From positions 1-64,000 of IMG/VR virus record IMGVR_UViG_2534682207_000010: a stretch of DNA of 64,000 nucleotides; one strand, given 5' to 3'. The notes under the pieces were generated by a model. That model worked only from the letters and a program-made list of their open reading frames with translations. It had not been told where the DNA came from and made no database searches. The DNA is from a virus (taxonomy: Duplodnaviria > Caudoviricetes). A program made the position numbers and the translations under genes. Below, in pieces: positions 27,631 to 36,620 of the stretch. Numbering within the stretch: position 1 is the stretch's first letter; each line of letters begins with the position of its first letter.

Positions 27631-27682
27631 TACTGTAAGGATGATAAAGTCACATAATTTGCCGAAGGAGTGAGGAGATATT

Positions 27683-28015
27683 ATGACACGAGCGGAAAGG
27701 CGACGCGTAGAACGAGAGAACAGAAAACAGCCTACATATAATCTATCCAGAGACCAATTGCGGGAAATTAAACAAGAGGCTACCCATGACGCGGCAGAGA
27801 CTGCTTTTCTCATGATGCTGGGCATTCCAGTATTGATGTTCAAGGACCATTTTGGTCAACTGATGCGTAGGGAAGTGGATGGAAAGAGTCGGGAACAGCG
27901 GTTCGTGGATTACTGCATCGAGTTTTATAGGCAGTTTGATAAGGGGTTGTACACACTGGATGATATCCGTTCCGTGTTGAAAGATGAATGTGATATTGAG
28001 ATTGAGATGAAATAA
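27683..28015 (+). CDS. Conserved hypothetical phage protein
   Basis: MTRAERRR..; RBS aggag. Confidence 0.7.
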   Translation: MTRAERRRVERENRKQPTYNLSRDQLREIKQEATHDAAETAFLMMLGIPVLMFKDHFGQLMRREVDGKSREQRFVDYCIEFYRQFDKGLYTLDDIRSVLKDECDIEIEMK

Positions 28016-28172
28016 GCCGGGGGAGTACCCCGGCAATAAAAAACATCAAAAAAGAACATATGTACGAAAAAGAAGCCCCGTGTGCTTGGCGGCTGAAGGG
28101 CTTCTCCTCTTTGGATAGGATAATTATAACCTATCCTGTACAAAATTACAAGGAAAGGATGGGTGGAAATAT

Positions 28173-29195
28173 ATGGCAGAACAGGTAAGTATGGATGATG
28201 TTGTCAGGCGTGTTATGGATAATATTGTAAATGTCATCGAAGAACAGGAACGACTTAATCAAGTAAAACAGATACTCAACATGTGTTTATCGAAATTTCA
28301 GTTTTTTACAGAAGAAACAGCGTTGTCTAATGAAATAGATAGGTCAGTGGAATACCTTAATGCCTATTTGCTCCAGATGAAGCTGGACGGATGTACAGAT
28401 GGTAGTATTAACAATTATAAATGTAATCTAAAAAATATGATGACATATATAAATAAAAATGTAACGGAGATTACATACCAGGATTTAAAGGGGTACCTTG
28501 CATATGGGAAACTTGTGCGCAAATGGAAAGATAGAACTTATAATAGTAAACTTATATCGATACGTAGTTTCTTCTCCTTTTTGTACACAGAAGATTTATT
28601 GCCAGAAAATCCCGCAAAAAAATTGAAGGAAACGAAAGTGGAATACAAGATAGGGGCAACGTTGCAGCCTGAACAACGTGAAATGGTTAGATGTGCCTGC
28701 GAAAATGAATTTGAACTTGCGTTATGTGATATGCTGTATGTTACGGGAGTTCGTGTGTCAGAATTATGTGGTATGGATATTTCCGATGTAGATTTTCAGC
28801 GAAAAACGGCAATAGTTTATGGTAAAGGAAGAAAAGAGCGTCAAGTATATCTTAATGGACAGGTTGCTCTTCATTTATGGAGGTATCTGGACGGTAGAAA
28901 TGATGATAATCCAGCTTTATTTGTGTCTCCCAATAGGCCAAAGAGCCGCATTTCTGGTCAGACAGTTCGTAATATTTTACAGTGTATAAAGGCAAGAGAT
29001 GCAGAATTGGAAGGTGTGAAAGTTACTCCCCATGTGTTCCGGCGTACTGTTGGAACAGATATGATTAACAAAGGTGCTCCAGCTGAAATTGTAAAGGAAG
29101 CACTTGGACATGTTAAGATTGATACAACATTAAAATGCTATGCAGCAATCAGCAGAGAGACAGTACAACAGGCACATGCAAGATTTGTTGGATAA
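28173..29195 (+). CDS. Tyrosine recombinase (XerD/Rci-like), distinct from the prophage integrase
   Basis: SAM-like core-binding domain plus TGVRVSE (R), VYGKG (K), TPHVFRR (HxxR), LGH, and Y; full catalytic set. Confidence 0.95.
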   Translation: MAEQVSMDDVVRRVMDNIVNVIEEQERLNQVKQILNMCLSKFQFFTEETALSNEIDRSVEYLNAYLLQMKLDGCTDGSINNYKCNLKNMMTYINKNVTEITYQDLKGYLAYGKLVRKWKDRTYNSKLISIRSFFSFLYTEDLLPENPAKKLKETKVEYKIGATLQPEQREMVRCACENEFELALCDMLYVTGVRVSELCGMDISDVDFQRKTAIVYGKGRKERQVYLNGQVALHLWRYLDGRNDDNPALFVSPNRPKSRISGQTVRNILQCIKARDAELEGVKVTPHVFRRTVGTDMINKGAPAEIVKEALGHVKIDTTLKCYAAISRETVQQAHARFVG

Positions 29196-29450
29196 AGTAA
29201 ATCCTGGAAATAAGGTAACACTTTTTGATACCCCCCTAGGTTAAGAATTTTGCAGAAAAAAGACGGAAATGTTTTTTGAGAAATTTTTGAATTTTGGTAT
29301 TTTTTTTTAATAGGAAAAGTTGATTTTGAATTTGTGTCGAATTTCTTTCGGATTTTGCATAAAACTTTTAGATACACTGTCTCGTTGGTGCTTTGCGATG
29401 CCGATTAGGGTAGTAGTGCTAGTACAACTCGATTTAAATAAGCTTACAAT

Positions 29451-30737
29451 TTAAGCATTGGTAGTAATCTGATTTCTTGGCTTACGTGTCCGTGCTTTGG
29501 GCGCACGTTTCCCTTGGTTTTCAGGACTTGCTGCTTTCGCATTTACAACTTCATAGACGATTGTGCCCACATCCTCTTCCGAAAGATCAATCGTGTCCAA
29601 GCGGTATTTCCATTTGTAGGGGACGGGAACCTCATTGATTTCTTCAAAGTATTTCAAAATCCGTTCCTTTAGTTCCTCTTTCGAGCCTACACGAATCCCG
29701 GACAACATCTGGCGGGTCATTTTGCTGAAAAAGCCTTCCACCATATTCAGCCAGGAGCCATGTGTGGGTGTGAACACAAATTCAAACCTTCCAGGAACTG
29801 TATTCAGATATTCCTGTGTCTCCCTGGATGTATGGGCGGAGTGGTTATCCAGTATAAGCCGTATTTTGTCCCCTTTTGGGTATTTCTCATCCAATATTTT
29901 AAGGAATGTTACAAAATCGCTGCTTTTATGAGTATTGCTTACCAGTGGGATAGCTTCCCCGGTCAACAGGTCAATCGCTGCCAATAGGGAGAGCGTCCCC
30001 AGACGTTTATACTCATAATCACGCTGTACGGTGGACATTTTTTCCGTACTGGCAACCGGGGGCCTGTCCCCGGTTGTGGTGGCAATCGCTTGGATCCCGG
30101 GCTTTTCATCATAGGATAATGTATGTACCGGCTCTTCATCACCGGCAAACGGAATCAAACTTCCATTTTCATCAAAGCGGAGTTCAACCTGTTTGTAAAT
30201 GACCAGCACATCATGCATCTTCTTTTCAAAGTCAGGATCCCGTTTTTCACAATAATAGGTGACCTTATGGGGATTAAGCATTGCTTTCCTAAGTATCTTC
30301 CGGATAGAAAACTCAGATGCTGTCGCCATACGGGGATATCCTTCCTGTTCAGCAACGGAATTGATGTAGCGGGTAAGGCTCAATGGATACCATAACTCTG
30401 CCGGGAGGCCGAATGCGGAAGGCTTTTGGCAGGCAATATTGATTACCCATGCCTTTGCATCATCGGTAATTTCAATCCTGCGGCCACGGCCTTTACTGTC
30501 TTCCATGGCAGCTTTCACGCCTGATTCCATATATTTTTTCAGGCAGAGCTTTACCGTCGGTCTCGAAATATCGAGTTTGTCAGCAATGGCTTCATCTGCC
30601 ATGCCATCTGATTTTAATAAGAGGATTTTGGCTCTCCTGTGGACTCTGGCTTCAACAGTCCCCTTCTGTAGAATGGACTTTAAATATGACTTATCATCAT
30701 TGGAAAGAAAAATAGGCGTAGCACTCTTTGGCATCAT
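29451..30737 (-). CDS. IS630 transposase
   Basis: N-terminal HTH, SYDEKPG, LILDNHSAH, PTHGSWLNMVEGFF DDE motifs; one intact ORF. Confidence 0.95.
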   Translation of the reverse strand: MMPKSATPIFLSNDDKSYLKSILQKGTVEARVHRRAKILLLKSDGMADEAIADKLDISRPTVKLCLKKYMESGVKAAMEDSKGRGRRIEITDDAKAWVINIACQKPSAFGLPAELWYPLSLTRYINSVAEQEGYPRMATASEFSIRKILRKAMLNPHKVTYYCEKRDPDFEKKMHDVLVIYKQVELRFDENGSLIPFAGDEEPVHTLSYDEKPGIQAIATTTGDRPPVASTEKMSTVQRDYEYKRLGTLSLLAAIDLLTGEAIPLVSNTHKSSDFVTFLKILDEKYPKGDKIRLILDNHSAHTSRETQEYLNTVPGRFEFVFTPTHGSWLNMVEGFFSKMTRQMLSGIRVGSKEELKERILKYFEEINEVPVPYKWKYRLDTIDLSEEDVGTIVYEVVNAKAASPENQGKRAPKARTRKPRNQITTNA

Positions 30738-30763
30738 TTTACCTCCTGAAATGGTCTATAAGT

Positions 30764-30792
30764 ATTATACCATTTCAGGATAATAATGTAAA
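30764..30792 (-). promoter_or_regulatory. Transposase promoter overlapping the terminal repeat
   Basis: TTTACA-17-TATAAT with TG on the minus strand; RBS aggaggt at 30741-30747. Confidence 0.7.
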
Positions 30793-31303
30793 CTTATTAA
30801 AATCGAGTTATACTAGCTAGGCAGTATACAAAATATCCAGTATAAGTGCATGATATCACAAGCGCGGATAATGTGCAAGCCTGTAATATTGTTTTGACGC
30901 ATCACAAGCGCTGTTGTTGGATTTTACAGGCGTTACCCTTGCAATGTGCGATAAACGCATAAAAACGGATATACGGATAAAATATCATGTTGTCAATTCG
31001 CAAATTCCCGCACCGGTTGCCGGGCGGGAACTGGGAACTAATGCGGTGGACTGCGTACACTTCTGTTCATGGGCCTCCCCTTCTCTCGTTTTGATTTTTT
31101 TTGCACATAGGAAATACGCCGCCCGTCTGCGTCCCGCAGCTTGTAGAGTGGTGTATTGCCTGTATGCTGGATGCTATCGCGCAACCGTTAAGCGCCGGAT
31201 GACGTCACCGGGGCGGGGCGCGTCCGCGGCGTTACTGCTTCGCCTTACTTTCTGTTTTCCTCCGCTCTGCGACTTTCCCCGGGGTTGCGACCGGATACCC
31301 GCA

Positions 31304-31465
31304 TTAGAGGGGCGGCAGTGCCGCCCCTCTGTTGTATAATTTGATTTCCTGCTCGTTGGCCGATTCGGTGTGTCCGTCCGGATATTCCCGGATTATTTTT
31401 CCGCCGCATTCCGTTACCCAGTAAATCAAGTTCCCATTTTCATCTGCCAGATACATGCTTTTCAT
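31304..31465 (-). CDS. 53-aa hypothetical protein
   Basis: MKSMYLADENGNLIYW..; RBS ggagaaagg. Confidence 0.6.
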   Translation of the reverse strand: MKSMYLADENGNLIYWVTECGGKIIREYPDGHTESANEQEIKLYNRGAALPPL

Positions 31466-31511
31466 GTTGTTCCTTTCTCCCGGCTCTGACCCTGCCGGGC
31501 TGGTGGTGCGG

Positions 31512-31883
31512 TTAAACAGTTGCGATAACAACGGCATCCTCTATGATGATTTCGCCCTCGTCATTACCATAGGTAACACGGTCTCCGCCGATGATAACAA
31601 TATCTCCATAGTATACTTTGGATGCGTTAATGGCTTTTTCCAGCTTTGACTTGATTTCCTCTGAGTCATCCCATCCGGAGTGTATCCTGGTGTTGTATGC
31701 GCACGTGCCAGGGAGTTCTTGCGGCTCTTCCGTCTCGTATGTGGAGCAGTCGAACTCATAATTCCAGTCGTAAGAGTTGCGGCAGTAATCGCCAACGTTG
31801 TAATGTTCATCATCTGCCAAATGTCTTATGCCTATATATTCGGCTCCGCTGGCCTCAATTAAATCAATGATGTTTTTGGTCAT
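31512..31883 (-). CDS. Acidic hypothetical protein, 123 aa
   Basis: RBS aaggag favours MTKNIIDL start. Confidence 0.75.
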   Translation of the reverse strand: MTKNIIDLIEASGAEYIGIRHLADDEHYNVGDYCRNSYDWNYEFDCSTYETEEPQELPGTCAYNTRIHSGWDDSEEIKSKLEKAINASKVYYGDIVIIGGDRVTYGNDEGEIIIEDAVVIATV

Positions 31884-31931
31884 GGCTTTTATCTCCTTTT
31901 TGTTTGGTGTGTTGTTGTTTGCTATGCTTAT

Positions 31932-32346
31932 ACTATAACGCACATATAAAAAAGTCGCAATACCGGAATAACCAACGAAATAACGCACATATATAGGCGA
32001 AAAAATTGTGTAAATTGTATAACGCACATATTCATTGACATTAAAACGCACATAGGATATAATAATGTAAAGCACATATATATTAAGGACGGTGTAAGAC
32101 GTGGAAAATAAGGAATTAAAGACGACCGAAGCGCAGAGAAAAGCGATAAGGGAATATGAAAAGAGGAATTATAGATTAAATATAGTTTTCCCGGCAGGGA
32201 CCAAAGAACGCATTGAGGGACTAGGGTTAAATAAAACGCCATCCGCCTTTATCCGTGATACAATCTTGACAAAATTGGACGAATTGGAAAAAATATTAAA
32301 ATAACGCACATATAATATTGACAACATAACGCACATACGATATACT
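31932..32346. promoter_or_regulatory. Three sigma-A promoters with seven AACGCACATA operator boxes
   Basis: Boxes at 31937, 31982, 32021, 32045, 32303, 32328 (exact) and 32069 (AAAGCACATA); TTGACA-17-TATAAT 32035-32063; TTGACA-17-TATACT 32318-32346; minus-strand TTGCGA-17-TATAGT 31960-31932. Confidence 0.85.
32101..32304 (+). CDS. Ribbon-helix-helix (Arc/CopG-like) regulator
   Basis: AQRKAIREYEK..YRLNIVFPAGTKERI..SAFIRDTI pattern. Confidence 0.7.
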   Translation: MENKELKTTEAQRKAIREYEKRNYRLNIVFPAGTKERIEGLGLNKTPSAFIRDTILTKLDELEKILK

Positions 32347-32396
32347 TGGAGTATCAACAAAGAGGATATCAGGGAGTCATATAGGAGGTAAGTAAA

Positions 32397-32753
32397 ATGG
32401 ATAAAAATAATGAACTTCGCAAAGCGGCATTGGAAATTATTGAGGGGCGTCGGAATGTGACCGAGGCCGAACTGTTAGATAGCGATTGTCGGTACACTAC
32501 CGTTTTGGTTGATGGCGTAAGTTATAAAATTTATATGGTTGGCACTGATGAGTGTTTTGATATGGACGAGTTTTATCAATACGGCATCACAGATAACAAT
32601 CGTCTGCTAAAATTTTATTTTGACTTGCCAGATGACGATGATTTTGACGGAGATTTGAGCAATGTGGATTATTCCCAGGCATACCGTGTTGTAGATGTCA
32701 CTGGGGAATGGGATTATACTGATTTAGGCGTTTTTTTGGACGCGCTTAAATAG
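32397..32753 (+). CDS. Acidic hypothetical protein
   Basis: 118 aa; RBS aggaggt; own promoter. Confidence 0.75.
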   Translation: MDKNNELRKAALEIIEGRRNVTEAELLDSDCRYTTVLVDGVSYKIYMVGTDECFDMDEFYQYGITDNNRLLKFYFDLPDDDDFDGDLSNVDYSQAYRVVDVTGEWDYTDLGVFLDALK

Positions 32754-32789
32754 GCTATTGACAGATATTATAAAATCTGCTAGAGTATA

Positions 32790-32957
32790 ACCAATTGATA
32801 ATTATATATAGCGTGTATGTGTGCTAGTGTCTCGGATGCCTTGACCACACATGCAGACCGCCGGCCAGTAGATGCGCGGCGAAGTATAACCAGTCCACGG
32901 GGCCTTGACGTTATAGACGGATGTAGCAGTCTGTCTAAGCGTCAGGGCCTTTTTTAT
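32790..32957 (+). ncRNA. Candidate small RNA with three hairpins and a terminator
   Basis: TTGACA(32758)-17-TAGAGT(32781); stems tgtatgtgtg/cacacatgca, cgccg/cggcg, ggccttgacg/cgtcagggcc then T-run; no ORF. Confidence 0.45.
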
Positions 32958-33117
32958 TTACCTTAACCAGGCAGAGAGGGGCCGCGATGCTCCAATGGGT
33001 CTGCCTTATAGTTAATACAAATACAGTGTAGCGGGATAGATATATATTATATACATATTCTCATGTGGATAGATAAGGATATTGGGTTACATAGCCCCAG
33101 AGAGGAGATGTACAGTT

Positions 33118-33756
33118 ATGTCAGATATTAATATTAACATGGTCAAAATAACAGATAGGGACGGTAATACCATAGATGTCTATGCAAATGATATATCTAT
33201 GTATCTCCAAGATTACATCGACAATAGAGACATAAAGGATATGCGTAAGGAGCCGCAGAGCCGGTGGAATGCCGCTCTTATATATATTAATAAACAGTTG
33301 TTTGCTGTTAATCGTGACAGGTTATATACAGATACAAGGTTAAATAATGCCTATAATCTGGATTTAATAGACTGTATATGTGATATATATATAACTCTAT
33401 GTTATGAGTATGACAAAGAGATATCTATAAGTGGGTTTAGTAAATTGACTGGTATAGATACAGATACGGTTAACAGTTGGGGCAGGGAGGAGACGAGAGT
33501 AGGTTCAAAAGGTTCCGTTATATACAAAAAATTGAACATGGAAAACGAAGAAAGTCTGTCAAACATGCTCATTGGCGGAAAGAGAAATCCGGTCGGAATA
33601 TTGGGGGCATTAAACAGGCGGCATGGTTGGAATATGGGACAGCCAAGAGGGACGGACGGAAACAAAACGGGTATATCGTATAGCCGTGAGGAAATAGCGG
33701 CTAGGGCCAAGGCAACAGAATCCTTACCTGGAAGCGTGGAGGATTTGCCGGATTAG
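33118..33756 (+). CDS. terS: Probable terminase small subunit (DNA-packaging protein)
   Basis: GFSKLTGI..TVNSW HTH, YKKL, NPVGILGALNRRHGWN; RBS aggag; position. Confidence 0.6.
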   Translation: MSDININMVKITDRDGNTIDVYANDISMYLQDYIDNRDIKDMRKEPQSRWNAALIYINKQLFAVNRDRLYTDTRLNNAYNLDLIDCICDIYITLCYEYDKEISISGFSKLTGIDTDTVNSWGREETRVGSKGSVIYKKLNMENEESLSNMLIGGKRNPVGILGALNRRHGWNMGQPRGTDGNKTGISYSREEIAARAKATESLPGSVEDLPD

Positions 33757-34105
33757 ACCACTATATTATCAGACAATTCAGTATGTCTGCTACACAATAG
33801 GCACAATTGATAGTACGTTGGTTATTGTGCATAAGATTATCAACAGATTTTGTGTAGATTTCAACCATAACTATTCGTGAAATTGATATTTAGCGAATAG
33901 TTGAAACGAATACAAGTGATGATGGCCTTTGAAAAAGCAATATGCATAGTTTTTGAACTGGAATTTGTGCAGTATTTCAGCCAATCAACCGTCATATGCA
34001 GATGGTGCGGGAGGGGGGGGGGGGTCTGTAGGAAGTCGCTGGCGGCGCCAGTTAGTCCCTTCAATTCCGAAAAAAATAAAAAGGCTTTCTTGAAAGGACA
34101 GCGCC

Positions 34106-34545
34106 ATGAGGATATTCAATAAAAAGATTTGTTTGCGAATCGAAAGAGATTTACATTTCTGATTTCGGTAGCAGACTTTTCTTCACAAGAATGTTATGAG
34201 ATATATTTCCAGTTTTCGTTAACAGACCCATGGTGGCTTCCAAAGTATGAACCGGAATTTGGAAAAAGTAAAATCCCATTGTATGGCTGGTTGTTTTTCT
34301 ACTTCGGGCGTAGAAGCATTGGTGTTCTGTTTCCGTCTGGAAATGGGAGCGAACCGATAGCAAAGAAACCAATTTATGATAATAACGGTTGTCTTTGGAG
34401 ACTTTATACGTTTCCTGATGCTGAAATGGCAAAGGATTTCAGAGACATATCCAAAAAGTACAGGGGAACCGTTTCGGTAAAATGCGAAGATGGAAATTAT
34501 ACAGTCGTGTATATCATCAGGAGAAAACGGATTTTGGGTTTTTAA
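34106..34545 (+). pseudogene. Possibly frameshifted hypothetical gene
   Basis: RBS+ATG 34106 gives 18 aa then TGA; the long ORF 34129-34545 is in the -1 frame with no RBS. Confidence 0.3.
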
Positions 34546-34571
34546 TTTATCAAGTAGAAAAGGAGCGCTAT

Positions 34572-34934
34572 ATGAGCGAGAAGAGTAAATACACAATCTA
34601 TGCCGTTGATTTCGACGGAACCTTGTGCGAAAGCGTATACCCTGGAATCGGCGCACCGAATCTGGCACTTATTGAGCATTTGAAAAAGCGCCGTAGGCAG
34701 GGCAATAAAATCATTCTCTGGACTTGCCGTGAAGGAGAGCGGCTTCTAGTGGCGGTTGACTGGTGTAGGGAACATGGACTGGCATTCGATGCGGTAAACG
34801 AGAATCTACCAGAGATGATTGAGTGGCACGGAAATGACTGCCGGAAGATTTTTGCAGATGTGTATATTGATGACAAGACGGTTAATAAAACGAAATATCA
34901 TGTGCCATATAGGGAGGAAAAATATCATGATTGA
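34572..34934 (+). CDS. HAD-superfamily phosphatase-like protein
   Basis: AVDFDGTL, LWTCR, VYIDDK. Confidence 0.8.
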   Translation: MSEKSKYTIYAVDFDGTLCESVYPGIGAPNLALIEHLKKRRRQGNKIILWTCREGERLLVAVDWCREHGLAFDAVNENLPEMIEWHGNDCRKIFADVYIDDKTVNKTKYHVPYREEKYHD

Positions 34935-35193
34935 AGTTGGAAAAGAAGTTACTTGGACAAGCCAGGCCCAGGGCAGCGACAAGGAAAAAACGGGAAAGGT
35001 CATAGCAATTATACCGGCGAAAATATATGCAGATTTGTTTCTTCCCCGCGATGTAAAGCCGAGCCATGTCAAGTATGACAGCCACATTAGCATTTATGAG
35101 CGTGTTCTGGTTGCAGTTCCGGCTGGAAAGAGCGGGCAGATTACCCATTATTACTGTCCGAGAAAATCTGTTCTGGAAGCGCAGGGAAATTGA
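34927..35193 (+). CDS. Hypothetical phage protein
   Basis: VTWTSQAQG..KTGKVI..YYCPR; ends QGN* in a copy of the junction motif. Confidence 0.7.
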   Translation: MIEVGKEVTWTSQAQGSDKEKTGKVIAIIPAKIYADLFLPRDVKPSHVKYDSHISIYERVLVAVPAGKSGQITHYYCPRKSVLEAQGN

Positions 35194-35248
35194 CCATTTT
35201 CGTGGCATCGCGAAATTGATATATCGAAGTTTAAAGGAGGTCCATAGA

Positions 35249-35380
35249 ATGTGCGGAAAATGTGAATTTTGCCGAAGAGTAGACGGCGAGTGGAGATGCG
35301 ATAACGATGAGAGCGAGAACTACGGCATGGAAGTTGAATATGACTATGACTGCGTGGATTTCATGGAAAGGGACGAGTAG
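35249..35380 (+). CDS. Small Cys-rich protein
   Basis: MCGKCEFC..WRCDNDESENYG; RBS aaggagg. Confidence 0.65.
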   Translation: MCGKCEFCRRVDGEWRCDNDESENYGMEVEYDYDCVDFMERDE

Positions 35381-35382
35381 GC

Positions 35383-36234
35383 ATGGATAAAACAAAAATT
35401 GACTGGTGTGACAGTACATGGAATCCGGTTACTGGCTGCCTGCATGGGTGTGAATATTGCTATGCAAGAAGTATTGCCTACCGCTTTTCTGGACATGGAG
35501 AGGATTGGTCAGATGAAGATATTCACATTTTGGACAAGAAGATTTATGGAGTGGAAGCGGAAAGGTCAGAGCCGTATCCATATGGGTTTGAACCGACATT
35601 TCATAGATACCGTCTTGACGAATACCAAAACAAGAAAGGCAGGAACATTTTTGTATGTTCCATGGCTGACCTGTTTGGGGACTGGGTGCCAAATTCATGG
35701 ATTGGGGATGTATTCGAAGCTTGCAGGAAAGCTCCACAGCACAATTATTTGTTTCTTACAAAGAATCCAAAACGATATAGGCAGATAATAACTGATAACT
35801 ATAGAAACGGAAGAGAAGTCAAGATGAATAATTTCTGGTTTGGAACTACCATTACGAATACCTATGATATTGCTTATAACGGCAATGAATTGAGTGTAGA
35901 TATTGAGGAATTATCAGGCTTGATTGAAAAATTCAATACGTTTATTAGCTTAGAACCATTGCTTGGAAGTCTTCCAACTATCGCAATAAATTGGTTGATG
36001 GAGTTTGATTGGATAATTGTGGGTGCTGAGACCGGCAGAAGAAAAGGCAAGGTTATACCTGAAAGAAGATGGATTCAGAGTATTGTAGAACAATGCAAAA
36101 TGACAGGTACTCCGTTATTTATGAAATCCAGTTTGGCAGATGTATGGGGAGAACCGTTGATACAGGAGTTACCCGAAGGGTTGAGGAAAGGTAGGTTACA
36201 TTGTGAGCATAAAAGAATTTGCACATCAGCTTAA
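35383..36234 (+). CDS. DUF5131 (Gp37/Gp68) radical-SAM-like protein
   Basis: TKIDWCDSTWNPVTGC..GCEYCYA, FVCSMADLF, FLTKNP, SLEPLL, IVGAETG. Confidence 0.9.
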   Translation: MDKTKIDWCDSTWNPVTGCLHGCEYCYARSIAYRFSGHGEDWSDEDIHILDKKIYGVEAERSEPYPYGFEPTFHRYRLDEYQNKKGRNIFVCSMADLFGDWVPNSWIGDVFEACRKAPQHNYLFLTKNPKRYRQIITDNYRNGREVKMNNFWFGTTITNTYDIAYNGNELSVDIEELSGLIEKFNTFISLEPLLGSLPTIAINWLMEFDWIIVGAETGRRKGKVIPERRWIQSIVEQCKMTGTPLFMKSSLADVWGEPLIQELPEGLRKGRLHCEHKRICTSA

Positions 36235-36607
36235 TGGCAAGGAATATGGATATCCGATGTTTACTGAAAAAGAAATTCAGACCGCCAAAGATAACGGCTG
36301 GGTCATCGTCACCGGAGCTTCCGACGACTTGATGGAGTTTGAGGGAGCATTACGGGACGAGGGCGGCTGTTTCGATGGTGGACAGGTCTGGTTCTCGAAA
36401 GAGAGCGTTTATAACGGCGAGGACGATAAGGAAGATTTTCCAAATTGTATTGAAGCGTTATGGTGCGATAAGGCGTCCAAGGATGAGGACGGAAATGTTA
36501 TCCCATGGACGTACAAGACTGACATTCCACATGAGACATTCATGGTGTATGAGGATGGAGAACCGTATTGCTGTGGGATTGTGTTTTCCGTAAACGACTT
36601 GCAGTAG
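36203..36607 (+). CDS. Conserved hypothetical phage protein
   Basis: GASDDLMEFEGA..W.YKTDIPHETF..CCGIVF. Confidence 0.75.
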   Translation: MSIKEFAHQLNGKEYGYPMFTEKEIQTAKDNGWVIVTGASDDLMEFEGALRDEGGCFDGGQVWFSKESVYNGEDDKEDFPNCIEALWCDKASKDEDGNVIPWTYKTDIPHETFMVYEDGEPYCCGIVFSVNDLQ

Positions 36608-36620
36608 GAGGAAATAGCGT

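Larger units (their letters stand above)
29422..30813 (-). mobile_element. IS630-family insertion sequence
   Basis: 27-bp terminal inverted repeats (29422-29448 / 30787-30813, 3 mismatches); TA duplication in a CTAG target (29420-21, 30814-15). Confidence 0.92.

Noticed and set aside
30914-31339. 141-aa ORF in the GC-rich segment
   Set aside because: TTG start without RBS, atypical composition, no motif
31937-32337. AACGCACATA repeats as a mini-CRISPR or plasmid iterons
   Set aside because: 10-bp boxes with irregular spacing located in promoter spacers; better explained as operators
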